64,000 nucleotides of DNA from Hyphomicrobium sp. (GTDB lineage Bacteria; Pseudomonadota; Alphaproteobacteria; Rhizobiales; Hyphomicrobiaceae). Of this stretch, positions 58,610 through 64,000 are shown one piece after another; within the stretch, counting starts at the first letter, position 1; each line of letters begins with the position of its first letter. The stretch lies in contig DAOMQQ010000002.1 of the NCBI GenBank assembly GCA_035445405.1, positions 5,803 to 69,802 of the forward strand, written 5' to 3'. A model generated the notes under the pieces. The model had not been told where the DNA came from. It searched no databases and saw only the letters and a list, made by a program, of their open reading frames with translations. The translations under genes and the position numbers were made by a program.

Positions 58610-58899
58610 AGGCTCCAAACTCAATCAGGATGGCATCACGACGCGAGGGCTTTTGTTCGGCCGGAAGGAGCGAGGGCGCCGCAAACCTGATGGTTTGCAA
58701 GCCCTTGCAACGAACCGGGCGGGCAAAAGAACCGCGCGGCTCCGCCGTGAGACGAGATTGGTCGATGGCGGCGTCGTGCTGAAAGCACGCCTCCGGCATG
58801 AACCGCTCGACCGATGCGTAGGCATCGCTCTTCGCAGTTCTCCTGGCCCTCGACCAATCTTGTCTCATCGTGATGCCATCCTGATTGGGTTTGGAGCCT
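58610..58899. mobile_element. ~290 bp non-autonomous MITE-like element with 32 bp terminal inverted repeats
   Basis: AGGCTCCAAACTCAATCAGGATGGCATCACGA ... TCGTGATGCCATCCTGATTGGGTTTGGAGCCT (one mismatch); internal inverted repeat; no transposase. Confidence 0.85.
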
Positions 58900-58939
58900 A
58901 GGGGCGGCGGTTATCCCCGTCGCGACACGGCCGCCTAGG

Positions 58940-59410
58940 ATGGGAGCCTCGATGGGCTCCATCCGAGCGGCAGACGCCATGCACCTTCTGGAAACGCCTA
59001 AGCGGTTGCTCTCGCTCGCGGAGACGCTGCACCGCTGGTCGGGCCTCTTGAGCGCTCTCGACCGCCCGCGGCGCGCCAAGGTGGTGCGCTATGCCGAGAC
59101 CATTGCCGATACGCTCGGCCGGGCGGCCCGGTTTGCGGTGCGGCTGGCGGAGGATCCGGGCGACACCCGGGCCGAACGGGGCCTCGTCCGGGAGCTGGGG
59201 CGTATCTCGGGTTATCTCGAAACGCTGGTTGCTGTGCTCAAGCACCATCTTGACGGACGAAAGCTCGCTGGCGTTAAAAGGCGGCTTGAGCAGCTCGGTT
59301 CGCGCCGGGCAGGCCGTGCCCCGGGAGGAGCGGCCGCCCGCATCCGGATCGAGCGCCTGCTCGCCGCCGAAGGCTATTTCCGTGCGCTGGCCGACAGCCT
59401 GCGCGTGTAG
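58940..59410 (+). CDS. Hypothetical helical protein
   Basis: Fills the gap before leuD; GC-biased codons; start may be 58979. Confidence 0.6.
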   Translation: MGASMGSIRAADAMHLLETPKRLLSLAETLHRWSGLLSALDRPRRAKVVRYAETIADTLGRAARFAVRLAEDPGDTRAERGLVRELGRISGYLETLVAVLKHHLDGRKLAGVKRRLEQLGSRRAGRAPGGAAARIRIERLLAAEGYFRALADSLRV

Positions 59411-59448
59411 GCTCCTTTAGGGACGGAAGACCTCCAGGGACGCGAAAG

Positions 59449-60054
59449 ATGCAGAAATTCACTAAGCTTACGGGTGTCGCCGCACCGTTCCCGCTGCGGA
59501 ACGTGGACACGGACATGATCATTCCCAAGCAGTTCCTGAAGACCATCAAGCGCACGGGGCTTGGAAAGTCGCTGTTCTACGAGCTGCGCTACAATCAGGA
59601 CGGCAAGGAAAACCCGGATTTCGTGCTCAACAAGCCGGCGTACCGGAGCGCGGAAATTCTGATCGCGGGCGAGAACTTCGGCTGCGGGTCCTCGCGCGAG
59701 CATGCGCCCTGGGCGCTTCTCGACTTCGGTTTTCGCTGCATCATCGCGCCCGATTTCGCGGACATCTTCTTCAACAACTGTTTCCAGAACGGCATTTTGC
59801 CGATCAAGCTGCCGCAGGCGGACGTCGAGAAGCTCTTGGACGACGCGAGCCGGGGCGCAAATGCGACGCTGACGGTCGACCTCGAAGCGCAGGAGATCCG
59901 CGGCCCCGACGGCGGCGTGATCCGCTTCGACATAGATCCGTTCCGCAAGCATTGCCTGCTCAACGGTCTGGACGCGATCGGGCTGACGCTCGAAAAGGAA
60001 AACGCGATCCAGGACTTCGAGACGCGGGATGCTCTGAGCCGGCCGTGGGCCTGA
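59449..60054 (+). CDS. leuD: 3-isopropylmalate dehydratase small subunit
   Basis: [50 protein letters not shown]. Confidence 0.97.
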   Translation: MQKFTKLTGVAAPFPLRNVDTDMIIPKQFLKTIKRTGLGKSLFYELRYNQDGKENPDFVLNKPAYRSAEILIAGENFGCGSSREHAPWALLDFGFRCIIAPDFADIFFNNCFQNGILPIKLPQADVEKLLDDASRGANATLTVDLEAQEIRGPDGGVIRFDIDPFRKHCLLNGLDAIGLTLEKENAIQDFETRDALSRPWA

Positions 60055-60241
60055 TCTCGATCGGACGCGCGAGAGCGGGGCTCGCTGGGTGTCGATCCGT
60101 TCAGGGTGTCATGCCTGGGGCGATGCCGGAGGGTGTTTCGCCCAGATTCGGCCCACGCCGACCGTCGATCTTGTGCGTCGAGATCGGCACGCATCCTTGA
60201 ATTTCTCCCTCTGCTCGTTGCCGCGGGCGCTGCGAATATGT

Positions 60242-60343
60242 TAGAGCGCGGTCAGCACATTCGGATCGCGACGCGCTTCGACTTTTGCAGAGACCGATGA
60301 GTGATACGGGAGCCTGACAGGGCTCCGGGCCATCGTGGTCCAG
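60242..60343 (+). repeat. Highly degenerate copy of the double-hairpin repeat
   Basis: TAGAGCGCG..CGCGCT..GAGACCGATGAGT..GGAGCC-TGACAG-GGCTCC..ATCGTGGTCCAG. Confidence 0.55.
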
Positions 60344-60369
60344 GTGCCGGCTATTTCCGGCCCGCCTCT

Positions 60370-60463
60370 CTAGAGCGTGACCGTTTTGATCGCGCTCTAG
60401 ATCCTTGGTGAGACCTATGATTCAGGCTTCGGACTGATAGGGTCCGAAGCGATCATGGTCTAG
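60370..60463 (+). repeat. 94 bp variant of the CTAG-bounded double-hairpin repeat
   Basis: CTAGAGCGTGAC..GATCGCGCTCTAG..GCTTCGGAC-TGATAGG-GTCCGAAGC-GATCATGGTCTAG. Confidence 0.85.
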
Positions 60464-60472
60464 GGAGGCTTC

Positions 60473-61495
60473 ATGCGCTTGGCGTGGATCTTTGCCGCTT
60501 TTTCGGTGCTGGCGATTGCAGCCGGCGGCCCCGCTTTCGCCCGGGGGCCTGCGCTTGTATTCGACGTCACGGACGGCACGGTTCTTTACGCCGACGACGC
60601 GGACGATCATTGGCATCCCGCCTCGCTCACCAAGATCATGACCGCGTACGTGACGTTCAAGGCGCTCAAATCGGGCAAGCTCAAGCTCGACCAGAGAATT
60701 CCTTACAGCCCGCGCGCTCAGATGCAGCCGCCGATGCGGCTCGGTCTCAATCTCGACGCGACGCTCACCGTCGATCAGGCGCTGAAGGCGCTGATCATCC
60801 GCTCGGCCAACGATGTGGCGGTGATGCTGGCAGAGGCGGTCGGCGGGTCGCAGCCCCAGTTCGTCTCCTTCATGAACGAGACGGCGCGCGAGCTCGGCAT
60901 GACGCGGACGACGTTCGTCAATCCGCACGGGTTGCCCGCCCCCATGCAGGTCACCACGGCGCGCGATCTCGCAAAGCTTGCGCGTGCGGTGATCCGCGAT
61001 TTTCCGCAGTACCACGCCTACTGGTCGATGTTCGATGCCCGGATCGGTAAATTTCGCATCGCTTCGCACAACGGGCTTCTCAGCACGTACACCGGCGCGG
61101 ACGGTATGAAGACGGGTTTCATCTGCGATTCCGGCTATAACGTCGTGGCGAGCGCGACGCGGGATGGGCGGCAGATCCTGGCGGTGGTGCTGGGAGAGAC
61201 GACAAGCGCGCGACGCACGATCCGCGCGGCGCATCTGCTCGAGCACGGCTTCGACATCTACGACTGGAAGCGGATGCTGGACCAGACCGCCGACCTCGAC
61301 ACGATGCCGATGCCCAAGGCTCCCAACGGCGTTGTCAGCATCCGTTCGTCGGTGATCTCGTACGTCTGCGGCACGGGCCCGCCCCGCCGGGCGAAGCAGC
61401 AGAAGGCTGTCGGCAGTAAAAAGGCTTCGCCTCAGCCGCAGACCGCGGAGCAGAGGAAGCAAGGGGCGTCCTCGGCAGGCAAGGCCGTTCGTTAA
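60473..61495 (+). CDS. D-alanyl-D-alanine carboxypeptidase (peptidase S11)
   Basis: HPASLTK (SxxK), SANDVA (SxN), NPHGL, TTARD, GMKTGF. Confidence 0.93.
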   Translation: MRLAWIFAAFSVLAIAAGGPAFARGPALVFDVTDGTVLYADDADDHWHPASLTKIMTAYVTFKALKSGKLKLDQRIPYSPRAQMQPPMRLGLNLDATLTVDQALKALIIRSANDVAVMLAEAVGGSQPQFVSFMNETARELGMTRTTFVNPHGLPAPMQVTTARDLAKLARAVIRDFPQYHAYWSMFDARIGKFRIASHNGLLSTYTGADGMKTGFICDSGYNVVASATRDGRQILAVVLGETTSARRTIRAAHLLEHGFDIYDWKRMLDQTADLDTMPMPKAPNGVVSIRSSVISYVCGTGPPRRAKQQKAVGSKKASPQPQTAEQRKQGASSAGKAVR

Positions 61496-61708
61496 CCGCG
61501 GCGCTCCGTTCGGGGATTGCGCGCATATCGCGTCAGGGCGGGACAATGCTGCCTCTCGTCCGCGCCAAAATTGGGACGCTCTGCGGTTTAGCGGCCCAAA
61601 ATCGGGTTTGGCATCGCCATTTCAGGGCATTTTCGGATCGTGGACGGCGTCTGCCGACTGGCTTCGATCTTGCTCTCGATCTTCTCGAATTCGCTTCGAG
61701 AGGACGTT

Positions 61709-61936
61709 ATGCGGAATACTTCGGGCCAGAACGACGAACTGCTCGCCGATGTGCCGGACTCGGAACTGATGGCCGTCGTGCTGGAAGGCCGGCACGGCAC
61801 CTATGCGGCCGAGGTGGCGGAGTTCTTTGCGCTTTTGCATCGCCAGCTTGGCGACCGAGGACGGTCGCAGGCGTGGGGCGGCGTGGCGCGCCTCGTGCGC
61901 CGCCGCGAGCATGACCGGCTGCTTACGGTTCAGTAG
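61709..61936 (+). CDS. Small hypothetical protein
   Basis: GAGAGGA RBS, 75 aa ORF convergent with lutC. Confidence 0.55.
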   Translation: MRNTSGQNDELLADVPDSELMAVVLEGRHGTYAAEVAEFFALLHRQLGDRGRSQAWGGVARLVRRREHDRLLTVQ

Positions 61937-61941
61937 GCGGT

Positions 61942-62625
61942 TCAGGTCGTCTCGGCCGGAGCGCCGTAGAGGACAACGACGAGCCGGCGGGGGCCGTGCG
62001 CGCCTTTGACGAGCCGGCCTTCGATGTCGCTGGTTCGGGAGGGCCCGGAAACAAGATTGACGGCGCGGGGGAGACGATCGGGGAAGGCGGTGCGAAGCCG
62101 GCTGAACGCCGCCTCGAACGATCCCACGATCGTGTCGCGGGCGACGGCCACGATATGGGTCTCGGGCAGAAACGCGAGCGTGGCGGGGCTTGCGGCACTC
62201 GACGCGAGCACGAGCGTTCCCGTTTCCGCGACCGCGGCGACGGCGTGGGTGAGGGCGGCGGTGCCATCGTCCGGCTTTTGCGCCGGATTCCAGCGTTGCG
62301 GCGGAATGCTCCAGGGAAGCACGGCAAGCCGCGGATCGTCTCCGACCAGAAGATGCGTTCTCTGCTCGTGGAGGAGCTGGCTTTCCACCGCTCGCGGGAG
62401 CGCTGCCAGATCCGGGATCACGACTACGTTTCCGCCGCGCGCTTCCAGGGCGGCGATCAGCTCTTTCTCCCAATCTTGCGAACGCGCTTTCGCACAGATG
62501 GGCAGGGGATGTCTCGGCGGATGCGCGAGACGTCCGGCGACCGCGCTCTGGCGTGTGGCCGCTGTGGTGCCGCTCGCCGTCTCGACGGCGCCACGCACGC
62601 GGACAAGAAATGTGCTGCGGCTCAT
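61942..62625 (-). CDS. lutC: Lactate utilization protein C (LUD domain)
   Basis: AVAETGTLVL, LAFLPETHI, VNLVSGPSRTSDIE..LVKGAHGPRRL. Confidence 0.9.
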   Translation of the reverse strand: MSRSTFLVRVRGAVETASGTTAATRQSAVAGRLAHPPRHPLPICAKARSQDWEKELIAALEARGGNVVVIPDLAALPRAVESQLLHEQRTHLLVGDDPRLAVLPWSIPPQRWNPAQKPDDGTAALTHAVAAVAETGTLVLASSAASPATLAFLPETHIVAVARDTIVGSFEAAFSRLRTAFPDRLPRAVNLVSGPSRTSDIEGRLVKGAHGPRRLVVVLYGAPAETT

Positions 62626-64000
62626 CGGGGCACCCCGCGCTCGCGCTCGGCCCAGTGCTGCTGGAACGTGCGCCCCTGGGGAGCTGGAAAGTCGCGGCTT
62701 GCGGTCCAGCCGCGGGCAAAGGGAAGCCTGCGGAAGACGCCGCGAGGGCGGCCCAACGCGGAGAGCATCGCGATGCCGAGCCGGGTGGCCGCGTGATAGA
62801 GGCGGGGGCGCCGCGCGGTGAAGCTCCAGGCGGCGAGCGCCATGCGCTGCAAGGCGCTGCCGCTCGTTGCGCGGCTTCGCTCCCGCCATGTGCGCATGAG
62901 GCTCGTGAGCGGAATTCTGACGGGGCAGACCTCCTCGCATTTGCCGCAGAAGCTCGATGCGGACGGGAGATCGCTCGCTTGGTCGACGCCGAGAAAGGCC
63001 GGGGTCAGCACGGCGCCGATGGGGCCGGCATAGACCCAGCCGTAGGCGTGGCCGCCAATGGCGTTATAGACCGGGCAATGGTTGAGGCAGGCGCCGCAAC
63101 GGATGCAGCGGAGCGCTTCGCCGAGACCTGAGCGCAGCATCTCGCTGCGCCCGTTGTCGAGGATCACGATGTGGCATTCGCCGGGGCCGTCGGGGTCGGC
63201 CTGCAACCGAGGCCCTGTGAGCAGGCTCGTGTAGGCGGTCATGTCTTGGCCGGTGGCCGAGCGCGCCAGCACGCGAAGCAGCGTCGCCGCATCGGCGAGC
63301 GTCGGCACGATCTTGTCGATGGAAGCGAGCACGATGTGCGTTTTCGGCAGATGGGCGGACAGGTCGCCGTTGCCTTCGTTGGTGACGAGGATGGCGGAGC
63401 CGGTTTCGGCCACGAGGAAGTTGGCGCCCGTGATGCCGATGTCGGCGGCCAGAAAGCGCTCGCGTAGCACGGCGCGGGCTTCGGCCACGAGCGCCTCGGC
63501 GGTCGAGAGATCGCGGTCGGGCACGAGGTGGGCGTGATGGCGGCGGAAATCGGCCTCCACGTCGTCGCGGCTCAGGTGGATGGCGGGGACGATGATGTGG
63601 CTCGGCGTCTCGTTGCGGATCTGCACGAGGTATTCGCCGAGGTCGCTTTCGAAGACTTCGAGGCCAAGGCTTTCGAGATAGGCATTGAGGGCGATCTCTT
63701 CCGAGATCATCGACTTGCCCTTGGCGACGAGACGGGCGCCATTCTTCAGAGCGATATGGGCGATGACGGTGCGCGCTTCCACTGCGTCGGCGGCCCAGTG
63801 GATGCGCGCGCCGGCGGCTTCCGCCTTGTCGGCGAAGGCCGAGAGGTACACGTCGAGGTTCGACAGCGTATGATCGCGGATGTCGCGCGCGGCGGTGCGC
63901 AGCGTCTCGAATTCGGGGACGCGGGCCTTCGCGGCCGCGCGCTGCGCGACGAGCCCCGTTGGCAGGCCGCCGAGCGCCTTGGCGAGCTTGGCGTCGCCGA
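62622..64000 (-). CDS. lutB: Lactate utilization Fe-S protein LutB/LldF (5' end outside the window)
   Basis: KGKSMISEE, ESDLGEY, PSHII.PAIH, TNEGNGD, CIRCGACLNHCPVY, SSFCGKCEEVCPV. Confidence 0.95.
   Translation of the reverse strand, partial: GDAKLAKALGGLPTGLVAQRAAAKARVPEFETLRTAARDIRDHTLSNLDVYLSAFADKAEAAGARIHWAADAVEARTVIAHIALKNGARLVAKGKSMISEEIALNAYLESLGLEVFESDLGEYLVQIRNETPSHIIVPAIHLSRDDVEADFRRHHAHLVPDRDLSTAEALVAEARAVLRERFLAADIGITGANFLVAETGSAILVTNEGNGDLSAHLPKTHIVLASIDKIVPTLADAATLLRVLARSATGQDMTAYTSLLTGPRLQADPDGPGECHIVILDNGRSEMLRSGLGEALRCIRCGACLNHCPVYNAIGGHAYGWVYAGPIGAVLTPAFLGVDQASDLPSASSFCGKCEEVCPVRIPLTSLMRTWRERSRATSGSALQRMALAAWSFTARRPRLYHAATRLGIAMLSALGRPRGVFRRLPFARGWTASRDFPAPQGRTFQQHWAERERGVPR

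Noticed and set aside
53452-60463. Repeats as a CRISPR array
   Set aside because: Copies are ~100 bp and dispersed, with no regular spacers and no cas genes

Overview
GC-rich alphaproteobacterial chromosome segment; gene content and protein style suggest Hyphomicrobiales, probably Hyphomicrobium-like (inference). About 60 CDS and two tRNAs (fMet, Ser-CGA). The left part carries mostly core genes (pabB-pabC fusion, hrpB, cspA, cfa, rpe), an fbp-prk pair without RuBisCO followed by a GAF histidine kinase and a cytochrome c, and a complete Anbu operon (CP-ATP-grasp, alpha-E, transglutaminase, proteasome-type protease). Downstream of tRNA-Ser is a ~29 kb accessory-looking stress region. It holds an orphan coxI, a tightly coupled glgE-treS/mak-glgB-glgX-treZ-malQ-treY-glgP operon with a sigma-EcfG-type promoter, an MddA-like methyltransferase whose C-terminal tail resembles the anti-sigma NepR, yihY, and DUF2945-DUF488-cbpA-cbpM. 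The right part has pntAA-AB-B, leuD, a DD-carboxypeptidase and lutBC. Non-coding signals include five copies of a ~100 bp double-hairpin repeat with compensatory changes (CTAG-bounded in the three best copies), a 290 bp MITE-like element, FixK/Fnr boxes and EcfG-type promoters. No CRISPR, rRNA, integrase or transposase was seen. All family calls come from motif recognition by eye, not database searches.
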